64,000 bases of DNA, taken from positions 27,754,769 to 27,818,768 of the forward strand of contig NC_068982.1 in the NCBI RefSeq assembly GCF_001194135.2, written 5' to 3'. The stretch is from Octopus bimaculoides. Its lineage: Eukaryota. The translations under genes were made by a program, and so were the position numbers. The number at the start of each line of letters is the position of its first letter. Within the stretch, counting starts at the first letter, position 1. This document shows, in pieces, positions 1 through 13,100 of this stretch. The notes under the pieces were generated by a model, which was not told the DNA's origin, ran no database searches, and worked only from the letters and a program-made list of their open reading frames with translations.

Positions 1-447
1 GACAAAGACCATTTTGCAGAGGTTTTGAGGGAGTTCAAGAAGAGATTTCATAGCAAAAGGTTAGAGCTCTTCCACTAGGGTCAGTGGCACCTGCACCAGT
101 CCACAATTCCATCCTGGTAACCAACTCCATAACAGTGATTGGCATCAAAACTGTCCCTCACTCTCTCTACAATTTAGACATTGCTCCCTGTGACTTTTGG
201 CTGTTCCTTAAGCTGAAGAACCTCAGAAGCAGTCATTTTCATGATATTGAGAAGATGGTGGCTGCAACAAGGGTCCTAGACATCTTCACTTTGGAGGACT
301 TTTATAAGGCCTTCACAAAATGACTGGAACACTACAAGTGCATTAAAGTGAGAGGATCCTACTTTGCAGGAGATTAGTTTTGTATTTCTTTGAACTTAAC
401 AAATGTCTCCCCTGAAGAAGTCAAAATTTCTGGAATGCACACTGTAT
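1..447 (+). mobile_element. Decayed mariner transposon, 3' part (transposase pseudogene)
   Basis: ORF 84-323 reads APVHNSIL...GIKTVPHSLYNLDIAPCDFWLFLKLK (cf. mariner PHPPYSPDLAPCDFWLF), followed by a degenerate KC...GSYF tail; contains stops and frameshifts. Confidence 0.85.
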
Positions 448-599
448 CCACCTGTGCATGTGCCACTGTCTGCTTTGACTTCATGTGATAGTTGTTGACA
501 GGGCATCTAACCATTGAAAATCCACTTCAACAACTTCAGTCCAAACCATGCACACATGGAAAAGTGGATGTTAAATGATGACAATGATATGCTGTGTGA

Positions 600-860
600 T
601 GCTCATATTTCTCTTCTGCTGAACCATTAAGTTATGGGGATGTAAACAAACCAACACCAGTTATCAAGCAGTGTGGTAGAGGGAAAAATACAAAAACATA
701 CATACATGTGGGTCTCTTTCAGTTTTCCTATACCAAAGCCACTCTCAAGGCTGTAGTCGGCCCAAGGCTATAGTAGAAGATACCTATCAAGGTGTCACGC
801 AGTGAGACTGAACGCATAACTGTGTGGTTGGGAAGAAACTTTATACCATGCAGCTATACC
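600..860 (-). mobile_element. tRNA-type SINE (family A), decayed
   Basis: Similar to the intact copy at 49748-50153 (GGCTATAGTAGAAGA...CAAGGTG...CAGTG..ACTGAAC). Confidence 0.75.
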
Positions 861-1239
861 CATTATTCAAAACGATTCTCTTGGTCAATGAGTTCCCCAA
901 TACGTTTTTTGTTGTGACAGATTCTTGAGTTGGTGCAGTAAAACTTATTTATGAAAACAGGTGTATGTACAAAAAGTATAAACAAGGTGTTAGAAATTGA
1001 TTAAAATGGGACATAATATGATTTATCTCCCTCTAAATTTCAGGTTACCAAGGTCTGTGAGCAATCATTTTTATCTGTGTTATATAGAAAAACTGTATTA
1101 ATGTACAGTTATGGAGTGACTATAACATGACAATGTGACATTTGCAATACAAATTATAAAAATTCATATTTGAAAGTTCCATAAACTGAAACAGTGTTCC
1201 TTGAATAAGACCAGCTTCTTTGATATATCACAGTGAAGT

Positions 1240-4200
1240 TTTAAAGTAACTAGATTTATTCCCAATCATTATGAAAATAAATGTTTAAAAATTGTTGGAA
1301 ATATTTTATTGGATTAAGTTAGTAATACAGTATACAATAAAAGAAACACAAACATGAATCATTGTTTCGACTGAAAACTGTCTTTCTAGAAACAAGAGAC
1401 AAAGTTTTGAAGAATGTTCATTTTAAATACAAAACATTTATTCACTTCCATAATAATTACTGTGTATGTATGAGAGTGAAAAAGTAAGAAATTCACTATA
1501 ATCTTTAAGTTCATCTTTTAAGATCAAAAGAGGAAAAGCAAAAGAAAAAACTCCCACAAATTGCAGTTTTATTCTCAGACTAAAAATTAAGTTATATAAT
1601 TATAACAGAGTAGTAAGATGTTCAAATTGGTAATATGTTATCCTGGACTCTCTACTGTATCTAGTCTAGTAGCTTCTTGGAATCAACAACATTAAAACAT
1701 TTTAGTGGCAGCTTAATTATTTTTCTTTACATTATAAACCATAAAAGAACTAGAACTTTAAATATTGTTCTTAATAAAAAGTCTTCTGTGATTATTTTAT
1801 ATATGTAGTAATTAATGTTGATAATTTAAGGCAAATGATTCTCAAGATAGGGATAAGTTCACCTTCAGCTTATAGTTTTAGTGATTTACATTTGCAGTAT
1901 ACAATAATTCATGAGCCACTAACATATTATATGCTACGTACAACTTAAAAATTGCTCAAAAAGAATTTTAAACAAGAATACTAAAAATTTAATGTTTAAC
2001 TAATTGGTTCAGCTCAAACTACTAATAGAGACAATTGTCTAATAACATATTAGTGAGAGAGAGAGAGAATATCTGAGAGAGAGAGAGCAAACATTAAAAC
2101 ATTTAGGTGTCAAAAGCTTTTTGGAATGGTATAAAAAAAGTTTTTGCAGCTCTATAAACAACATGTATGAAGTTTTTGTGTAGAGCTTTTTGTATTTTTT
2201 AAAAACTTTTTGATACAAATACTGCAGATTATGACAAAATATGATTTCTTTTAATATACCGTGAAAATTGGTAAACTTTTCAAACATGCCCTTCCGTCCG
2301 AGGAAAGTATTTTACAGTTAATAAAAAACCCCATATAAATGACAAAATAACCATCATTCCACAATCTTAAGTTAATGAAAGGGAAAATATTTACATCGAT
2401 TACAAGTTGCAAAAACAGGGGAAACACAAATTACACAAGACAGAAGGATTTACTAAATAACAAGTAGCTTTAATATATTGATTCATTATATGCCTTAATG
2501 TAATAATAGAGGAAATATGATCCTAGATACTTATCTTTTACTTTCAAATATTTACCACTGAATAATTATAAGCAAACTGATTTATTTATAATTTCCAGTG
2601 TTGTGGTGCAAAACTAGGCTGTGAATCTTAAGTGAAATTAACTGCTATGGATAGTTTCTTAGTGTTTATAACTTGAGACTATGGCCAGTGCTATTTCCTA
2701 GTAGACTAGGTGATTGGGTGAGACACTAAAGTCAGGGGTGCCATGTGCAACATACACGAAATTTATTGGATTTAATTAAAATAACAAAAACTTATAAAGG
2801 GAGCAGGTGAAGTCACTGCTAGAACAAAAATAGTTGGAAGACATGAGTGGGTTTGGCGAGAGGCTTGTGTGGTGTTATGACCTGTTACATAGTTTAGCAT
2901 AAAATATTTCAAATTTTGCTCGGTAGAAAATTTACTCAGTGATATACATGTTCATAAAACTATAGATTTATTGTTCACAAGTTAATTATAAATTTTTAAC
3001 TGCATTTTCAAGTTGGTGTAATGAGGGTGATGGCTGGAGGAGGAAGTAGAAAAAATTGAAATAGAAGACTCTCGTTGTAGGTTTGGGGGAAGGGGGTGCA
3101 TATTGTAGCACTGGCCTAGGGTGCTGGATACCCTGGCACTGGCCCTGCTTAATACAAAAGAACATTCATTAGATTTTACTTTCTTGAAAATCATTTAAGA
3201 CAACTGGATTTTGGGCTCATGCCTGATCATATATAAATTTTGTTTTCCCAGCTAGTGTGTAGCAAAGAAAAGAAACAAAGCATTTGTTACGATACAAAAA
3301 GTTTTAGAAATGAATAAAGTAAATAAGCAACCCAACAACGTTTTTACTTGCATTTGACAATAATTAAAAATATATTAAAAAGAAAAACTTCCATTATATT
3401 TAAGTATATATACACACACACAACATTTGTATGTTTGTGATTATATCAAGTGTACTAGAAAATGAAAAACAATCAAATTAAAAAGGAAAAAAAACACAAG
3501 GTCAAACACACAAAAATAACTACTTTAAATAAATGTTGACAATTTTTTTTCTTTATTAGGAATTTATTGGTTTTCAGTATATGTTTATAACAGACAATTG
3601 TATGCAATAGTCATGGATAGACCTAAATTACAGACTAAATATAAAAGCTAAATAATAAAACTAAAATAATAAATCAAGAAAATCTATTCATATTTGAACA
3701 TCTAAGTAACATAAACTATCATAATTTATAATTATTTAAGAAAAGAAGAAAAATAGCACAAAGAAAATGAAGGAAACAAAACAAAAACAAAACAAAAACC
3801 CATTCAGTCCACATTCTGGTGCACATTTTTTCAAGCAAGTTTTGAGTTCATATGCACAAAATAGAGATATGTGAAATAAAATGATGCATTAATCTGAATT
3901 ATAATTTACATTTTTTACTGTATTATAAAGAAATTGGTTTGTAAAACTGAAAGAGATTATATATATTGACAATATATATATTCCAATAATTGTTCCAATA
4001 ATTCTGGTAGAATCAGTTTGGAATTGTATTTATTTTAAATAAAAAGTTGTAAAGCTAAATTCATCCATATGCTGCATACACAGAAGACTAAGAAATCCAT
4101 CGAGAATATTTACATGCAATGAAAAACATAAAATTATAATTAATTCACTCGTGTTCCCAATAATAACTGATGGAACGAATTCCTTCCTATAAGCTGGAAA

Positions 4201-4347
4201 AAATCTCATGAATTTTTTTTTTTTTTTTATGTTCACATTTTAACTATTTTGTCTGCATAATATGATTATGTTGTAATTGAGTAGAAAGCAATCCTCGACA
4301 GGAAGTTCAGTGCAGACAGACACTTGGAAGATAAATTTGTGTCCTGT
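1240..4347 (-). other. Probable long 3' UTR of IQGAP (true end uncertain)
   Basis: About 3 kb of AT-rich, nearly TE-free sequence after the stop. Minus-strand AATAAA hexamers occur at 3552-3557, 1437-1442, 1305-1310 and 1255-1260. Confidence 0.45.
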
Positions 4348-4461
4348 TCACCTGCCATAAAATTTACGGTTCAGGAGAAATATCAGTAAATTGACATTCA
4401 CTTTTGCACGGTTAAACATGTTCATTACAGCAACACCTTCATACTGCAGCTGGAGCAAATC
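4348..4461 (-). CDS. IQGAP1: IQGAP last coding exon: DLLQLQYEGVAVMNMFNRAKVNVNLLIFLLNRKFYGR*
   Basis: TAG acceptor; TGA stop at 4350-4348; near-identical to the known IQGAP C-terminus. Confidence 0.98.
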   Translation of the reverse strand, partial: DLLQLQYEGVAVMNMFNRAKVNVNLLIFLLNRKFYGR

Positions 4462-7400
4462 CTAAAAGTATAAAAAATAATTTCAACACACAGTCAGGAT
4501 TAGCTCAAGATTCATCATTCTATACTGGCTAGAAATATAAGAGCCAACATTTTCATATTCATATAAAAACCTACATCATTTCATAGCCAAACCTCTTACA
4601 GGTGTCTTTTAGCTTCCACAATTCCAGACTTCCTCAAATACCATTTCACAACATTTTCGTGCTCAGCATGCAACACACAAATACAGTATCAATATTCCAG
4701 AAATTGCATCTAATACAAAGCCACATATTTCTGTGAAGCTGCTGCAGAATACACTGTCATATGACATCACAGCTGATATACACCACACAGCCTACTTGTT
4801 ATCTAAGAAAAAACCCACCACCAATTAAGAAGGAAGATTCCCTTGAGACAATACACTGGCTAATATTCCAAGAAACTATTGGAGCAAACAATAGCCTCTT
4901 AGGTAAAACAACATTAGAATAGAAACATGTATCCTGGATGTAGAATGGGTCCATCATATCCATGTTTATCATAAGAGATGACTCAAAGGGTTGGCACCAG
5001 GAAGGAAATGCTACCACAAAATAGCAAACAATGATAAGTACTATTGGACAGTTATGGGCCTGCAAGGTTAAATTCTGTTATGGCAGGAAAATGACTTTAA
5101 AACATTTGATTGAACAACTAGTAGTTTCCATATTATTTCAATATATGTATGTTGCACCACAATTCCAATTAATATTGTAGGTATAGTACTGGAAGATTTG
5201 GAGACCCTTATCAAATAATACATTGGCTTTTGCTAGCATGTGTTTGTCCTGGATAAATTTGGTTACCTTCATTCTAATTTACAAAAGCACTGAGTCTAGA
5301 ATTTCTCTCATATACACAGGTGAGTAAAATGTATATCGAAAAACCTTAAGATGAACTGAATTCATCCAGTATGAAGTAATTCATTCTCATTATGTGAAGA
5401 ATCCATTCTTCATTTTAAAAGTGTTAATCTTACTAATTTAATATTTTGCCATCTCTACAGCAGCCCCACTCAAGTGATGGTGATTTTAGTCTTGCAAACT
5501 ATCTGGTCATTAAGAATGAAATGTCCGATTTTGAACTGAAAGTTTATTTTACTTTATCTCAATGAAAAGCAATGCAGTTAATCTAAGTATGCACCTAAAT
5601 TATCAACACAATTTTACCATTTTATTGGTAGCTTATTTATGCCAGCAGCAAAGAATTCTGGAGAGCAAGAGGTGATGAAATCATAAAAGGCAGTTCTTGC
5701 ATCTTCAGATTTGAAGTTTTTTCCTTGAAAAAAGTTGTCGAATGCCTGGAAAATGTGATAGTCAGTTGGTGCAAGGTCTGGTGAATATGGCTGATGCAAG
5801 TTCAGTTCTTGTAACTTGAGTTGTGCTCTTTGTGCAACATGTGATTGAGCATTGTCTTGCAAAAGAATTGGCCCGTCTCTATTGACCAATCTCAGTTGTT
5901 TAATTGCAAATTCACTCATCATTTCATCCAATTGGTTAATGTATACATCCACTGTAATTGAGTTATCGGGTCTCATGAAGCTGTAGAGGATGACACCAGT
6001 GCTGGACCACCAAACAAACATCATTAGCTTTTTTTGGTGAATATTGTTTTTGCGATTGTAAGGCGATAAGCTGGCTGAAATGTTAGCACACCAGGCAAAT
6101 TGCTCAGTGGCATTTCGTCTGTCTTTGCATTCTGAGTTTAAATTCCACCGAGGTCGACCTTGCCTTTCATCCTTTTGAGGTCGATAAATTAAGTACCAGT
6201 TGCATACAGGGGTTGATCTAATCGACTGACCCCCTCCTCCCCCCAAAGTTTTGACCTTGTGCCTAGAGTAGAAAAAATTCTTTTTGGGATTGTGTTTTGG
6301 CACTTCATCTCTGTCCAACCACCATGCAGAATGCTTGCAATTGCTGAAAAGAATCCATTTTTCATTACACGTAACAATACGATGCAAAAACAGTTTGCTT
6401 TTATGTGTGACAGCAAAGAACAGCAAATTTCAAGACGTGTGGTACCCACTTGTCCAGCTTCCTTATCCTGCCGATTTGTTTCAGATGGACTAATGCAGTT
6501 GGAATTGAAACATCAAACCTTGCTGTTAACTCATGCGCAGTGGTGAGATGTATCCGCTTCCACTATAGTTCCAGCTCATCATTATCCACCTTAGTCTCAG
6601 GTCTACCATGGGGCTGATTTTCAAGAGTAAAGTCACTAGACCAGAACTTCTCAAACCATTGAGGTACAGTGTACTCATTCACCACATCTTCACCTAACAC
6701 CTGACTGATGCTTCAAGCTGTCTGGGATGCATTAGTTCCATGACGGAACTCATTCATAAAAGACAAGCTTTTGATCTATCCATGGGTTCACAAAAACTGA
6801 TTTACAAGAGAAAACTCAATATAATCAGACACCATGAAATGCATTTCGAAAAGTGATGATGTAACTCTTCAATGTTGTAAAACAAAGAAATGTCAGGATA
6901 AAAAAAGAGTTAACAACTTCAAACTTGGTGCATAAGAAAATCAGACATTTCATTCTTAATGACCTGATACATAGCAACCTCACAGGTGTTGGTGCCACAA
7001 ACAGAGTAGGGGGAGGAAGCAACTACATGGAGTGGTTGGCATGAGGAAAGGCATCCAGCTAGAAAAACCATGTCTTAGCAGACACAATCCTCTGACCTAT
7101 TCGACCCTGTTGGATTGTCCAACCCATGCCAGCATAGAAGACGGATGTTAAAAGATGATGATGATTACAATCATAATTTATAAATATCTAAATAAATTTA
7201 ATTTTCATATACTGATTATATTTTCTTTCCAAATCATTCACATCTCAAATTATTGGCAACTGTTTCATAACTCACACTTTTACATAGTGTGTCAAAAGTA
7301 GAGAGTGGTTAACGGAGGCCATTTTCCAACAGGAAGCTAAGACAGTGATATCAGAGAGGCTTGTTTATAAAACACAATTAGACTTTGTATTTATACTAAA

Positions 7401-10068
7401 ACTATTAAGTGAAGATCAGGCCAAAATGGACAATAGGCATGTTTGATAGAAATTATCTATCTGAAAATTGTTTGTGTGTAATTAAAGTTGTAATAACTAG
7501 TTTTAAAAAAGTCTGAACACACACACAAAAAGACAGTTCTTTGAAATAACTTTTCTTACCTGAAACACAAGTTCAACCTTTTCCATATGGACTCCTAAAA
7601 ACTTGGCATTCACTTCAAAAACACCAGTCTTCTCGGTATTGGAAATCTCAAAAAGAACATTCTTAAACCTGTAAGGATAAAATAAAAAGTATACTTCACT
7701 ATTAGTTAGTTACCAGGCATGCATTATCAACTTCATATTTCACAGCTAAAAATTCTACACAAATTGAGTTCTACACCAGTTTATTAGTTTTGCAATGCCT
7801 AAGTGAAATATATGTATGTGTGTGTGTGTGTGTCCCACTATTGCTTGACAAGTGTTGATGTATTTGCATCCCTGTAACTAAGCAGTTTGGCAAAAGAGAC
7901 TGATAAAGTACAAAACTTGAAAAAAGTACTGGGGTCAATTTATTTAATTAAAAACTCCTCAGGTGGTGCCCCAGCATGGCTGCAGTCTCATGACTGAAAC
8001 AAGTAAAAGAGAAAAGATATATATAAAATTCAAAAGATTAGTTTTCCTCTTCAGTTCTGATGGGTTGCTGAACTTCATGAACAAACACTAAACTGGATGC
8101 CACTAATTTGTGAAAACTCATTCACAAACACACTTCAAACATCTGACTCTACACATCTATTGTTTCTCCTCTGCTTATTCTATCACTGCTTCTATGAATT
8201 CCCTACTCTTCCCAACTACCTTACCCAATCCTTCCTCCCTAGAATACCAGCCTTCTGGAATTCTCTTGTAGATGTGACTATCAATCACATCAATATCTCA
8301 ACGGTGTCTAGAAGTTGGTTGCTAACCTCATAGACACTGCTCTTTCATTCTCGACAAAAATCCCATACCAACAGATCAATTCAACTGTACACCACAATTA
8401 TATATATATATAAACCCATATGGCTAGTCTTTTATTTTAATAAAGTAAGCCCTACAATGCAAAATCAGGCTTTTGTTTTTCATTTTATAAAATTTTATTA
8501 ATACTTTTTTCCTGAAAGGGTAGAGTCTGACTACTCCAGGTCTTGATAAGTATTATATTACAAGCTGTGAGCTAACATAAATATTACTAACATTTATTTG
8601 TATCACTGTCAATGATCTAAGTCAGTTGCAAAAGTTTGTGGTAGTGTAACATCTATGAATAATAATCAGTGAACTTACTGGTTGACAGCCAAATCTTCTA
8701 TTTCCAAAATCAGGCCCTTCTCATAAAGCTGGGCAGCACTGTATTTCACAGTGGTCAGATTGTCATCTTTACGAAACAGGGTAAAAGACCTTGATTTGCG
8801 ACTGGAGATTTAAAAAAAAAAAAAAGGAATGTTAAAAATTTCCTGGATANNNNNNNNNNACTTCAAATGGCAGCAACAAAAAAAGTTTGGTATTTGGTCA
8901 CTTAATAGGATACAAATTTCAACATTCATTCTTATGAGCAGACAATATCTCATCAACAGAACATTTTGTTTTTACTAATAACAGTTAGCCTAACTCTTAT
9001 AGGCTTCTGAAACACTTCACATGACAGAATATGAACTTAAAGAAAAGCTTAACAATTCAACTTGGATCAATAACAATTTAATAGCAATGTGCTGATGACC
9101 ATAATTGGTATTATCATTTGCTTTAAGAGATCACTAGGTTATAAGCAGAACATGCTGTTCTTAAGAATTAAGTGAAGAAATGAAATAATATATGAAATCT
9201 TAAGATCTAGTTGTTACAAAATGAGTAGAAGAACATCAGAAACATTTTCAAACTTAGGATGGTCTAGAGTCCCAAATCCAAAGATCAGCATGGCAATATC
9301 CAGAACCATCTGAAAAGTAGTCTTGCTTGGTATGTAAAAACTATGTATAAAGGAATTAAATATTGGGTTATAAGTGCAACCAATAGGCATAAAAATATAA
9401 TGAAATTTCAGATAGACTGGATGGAGAATCAGGACTTCAGACATGACAGATGCAAAAAAAAAAAAAAAATAGTTAGCAGTAAGAGCAGCCATCATGTAAT
9501 TCGTGAACTGCTCAAATGGCCTTTTCCTGTATTGATTAATTTTTTTCCATTGCTTAGTCTTGGAGAACCTACAAACAGTCAAAGACAATATTTGACCTTT
9601 GGGCAAAAGAAAGAAATCATAAATCATGGGTTATCTTTGGACTGAATGCTTACAATCAATTGGAGTCTGTTAAAAGCACTCAGGTATCAACTTACAACAG
9701 GTACAGTGCTTTGAACAGACTTTCGCATAGTTTCGGTCAATTCAATTTCATTCACATAGCATAGATTGACCTGAGGCTTTGGGAGAAAACATTTGCCTAA
9801 GGTGTTGCACAGAGGGATCAAACCTAGAACTATATGGTTGCAAAAAAGCCTTTTCATTGCATAGCCAAGCTTGCTAGATATAACAGATAGTTTTGAAGTT
9901 TTGGTTGTTTACATCATCAAATGAGTACTGTGATAGTTGAAGAGAAAGAGTAAAGTAATGGTTGAAGAGAGAGTAGAGTAATAAGTATAAGAAAGGAAGG
10001 TTAAAGAAGTTCAGTGCCATCTCCTTTGTTCACAAAGGATATACATACACACACACATATATGTGTGT

Positions 10069-10130
<62 letters not shown>

Positions 10131-13100
10131 GAGAGAGTATATGTAAGAAAATGGTAAAGATTATGAAGACACATAAAAGTTGAGATGCTGTATGGTATTG
10201 AAATTTGGACATTGAATACAAAGGATCAGCAGTTTGTAAGGGGAGCGTGTTGATTATATGCAACAAGTTTTAAGAAAGGCAGAATCAAAAAGTAGTTGAG
10301 AACTGAAAGCCATCTGCATTAGTATTTACAAGTAAAACATGAAGATAACATGCTTAATGAAAAAGTAGCTCGTAGTAAGAGATGGGGAAGTTGGAGCTCA
10401 CAGATGAAATGACAGAAGAGTGACAAAACCCTTTTAGTGCAAACAAACTCTTCTAGCTTTTGACAACATGGGGAAATAGTTAATAAAATACCACTACCAA
10501 TGAAATAACTTGAAACTGATTTGAAAGTAAAAAAAAAAATCACAGGAAGAATAATGATTTTTACTAACTTTTCCTTGTGTGCCATATTATCCAAGCAGGT
10601 TTTCACATACAGGTTGTAATAGTCGATTTGTTCTTCATAGAAAGCCCTTTTATTGTGCAAACTTTTTACTGCACTTCGTAGTCGTATCAATTCCTGTCTA
10701 CGTGTATTTCTATAACGCCGTTGGTTGCGAATATCCTATAGGTGTAAAAGGAAAAGATATTTTTTAATTTGAAGAATATAGGACTGATAATACAATATGT
10801 TTGTACCTTGTTCATTTTTCCATGTTAGCTTGGGTTATGCAAATATATTTTGAAGGTATTGTTTTATAGCTGGTTGCCCTTCCTGTGGCTAAATAAGGGG
10901 TATCTTACTTGACACATCTTTGAAGGTACAAAACCAGTAGTCAACTTGTTAACAGGAGAGCAATGTCACCATCCATAGCTGAGTGAATTTTCTAAGTGTA
11001 AATGTAACCAAAAACATGCATGCATACACACACACACATGTGCATATATATGCAAGTTAAAGGTTCCTCTCCTGTTTTTCTTAGTCCTACAAGCCTTCAC
11101 AGAAAAGTTTTAAAACTGAATGTCCATGGGGAGTTCTATATACTGATAATCTAGTTCATAAAATGAATTTCTTCACACTACAGCTATGCCTGCATCTTAA
11201 TCCATTTGATGGATTAAGTATATTAATTTATGAATGTCCATAGCATGAACCCTTCTTCAATTGAAGATGGTAACTACTTTCCATTCAGGTAAACTTGATA
11301 ATAATGAAACAGAGAAGTTAAAAATACAATGAAATGATTAGCATGCACCTCAAAATTAGTATTATCTTAAAAACCAACAGTTTCACATGGTTTGCAAGTA
11401 ATTCTCAATTGATTGAGCTAGTTAAATTAATAATGAAGATGTTTGATATTCCTTTAAAAAAGTCAAGATATATTTTTCCTTTCTCATGTTTAAGATGTAA
11501 CATGAGAAATTTTATTAAAAGACTCAAAATCATATTACATTGGGTTAGATACTATCCTATTTTGTTTGAACTTTGGAATTCATCAATGTCTTTTTACAGC
11601 AAGTATTTTGTTAAAAAAATATTTTTGTCGCTATAAAAGTTAACTTTTACCCGTGCAATAGAATTAATGATGTCTTGGTATTTATTTTTTCGAGTTACTA
11701 AATTGGCAAGTTCAAGATTTTGAAGATTCTTTTTAATTTTTCCTTTCATCATTTCCAGGGGTAGCCTATAAATAAAAATAAAAACATTCACTAACTGCAT
11801 TTCAGAACTGTTCATATGAAGTTTGAATAAATGCATTTTGTATGATATATTTATAATAACGTTGTTTTACTACATCATCTTTATAACTTTAAATACTCTT
11901 TGTAATACTGCTTTACCACATAATCTTTTATGACGTTAAATACTTTTTATAATGACATTGTTTTACTAAATACAGTAGAACCTTGTGAAGTATATTTGCC
12001 ACTTAAATGCGGCTAAACCCTCGTTCAGAGATTTAACATTGTTAGTAGAACCTTGGTTTTCAAACAACTCTGATCACGAATAAATCGTACTTTATCTCTC
12101 ATCTTTCTCATATTCATTTAATACAGTAGTACCTATGTTTACAAATGCCTCTGATCACGAATAAATTGTGCTTTATATCTATCTATCGATCTATAAAGCA
12201 CGATTTATTCGTGATCAGAGTTGTTCAAAAACTCTGAGGTACTACTGTAATCATAATCAAGGCTACCATTGAATTTGTTCATTTTACATCCATTTTATTT
12301 TCGAATAAGCATGGGTTAGACAAATATAAAATTGAAGCATTGCTTTACAACCAGATAGTCTTCATATCATCAAAGGTGAGCAGGAAGTGGATGATTTGTT
12401 GGCAGAAATAACAACAATATAGCTTGCAACTCACAACTTTCCAAGTAAGTTAACACAGAATACATAACAGGCAGTTTGCAGTTTCTGTCTCCCAAATTTA
12501 CAAGGCTTTGACTGGTCCGGAGCAATAACAGATGACACTTACCCAAGGTGCCATGTATTGGGGTTAAAAACAGATTCACATGGCTGGGAAGCAAATTTCA
12601 TAACCACACAAGGTATAATTCAGAGTCATTGACAATATATTTTGAAGAACAATAAAATCTCTGTTACTTCAAAATGATTTCATTTTGTCACTAAAAGTAC
12701 GAACACAACTTACCTATTGTCACCCAACAGAGAGGTTTGTCGCTCTAATTTTCCTTGGTTGGAAGCTTTTTTATCTATCATGTCACGCTTTTTAATCAAT
12801 GCTTGGTGAATGTCTTCCTGAAGTGCAAAACATTTTAAAATGAAAGTGGTAACTATCTGGGACAATATTTATTATAAAATATCAATACTTAAAAGACACA
12901 CAACCTTACAATAGATTAAATAAGTTTTCCCTCAACTAAAACTATAAATCAAGAGGCTTAGAAAAATTCTCAAATTCAAGTTTGTTTTTAAAGCAAACAG
13001 TTGAATGTAAGAAAAAAAAAATGCAATTTCCATTTTAGATAGATAAAGTTGCAACAAAACAAAATAATGCAATCGAGGATTTGATAATTTATTCTTAATG

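Noticed and set aside
84-323. ORF as a functional gene
   Set aside because: Fragment of a decayed mariner transposase with flanking stops and frameshifts.
2733-3146. Possible hAT-like MITE in the 3' UTR (CAGGGG...GCCCTG ends)
   Set aside because: Termini match only loosely and there is no 8-bp TSD.
9214-9645. Overlapping 137-aa and 100-aa ORFs
   Set aside because: No recognisable domain and no splice fit to IQGAP; at most a decayed LINE remnant.
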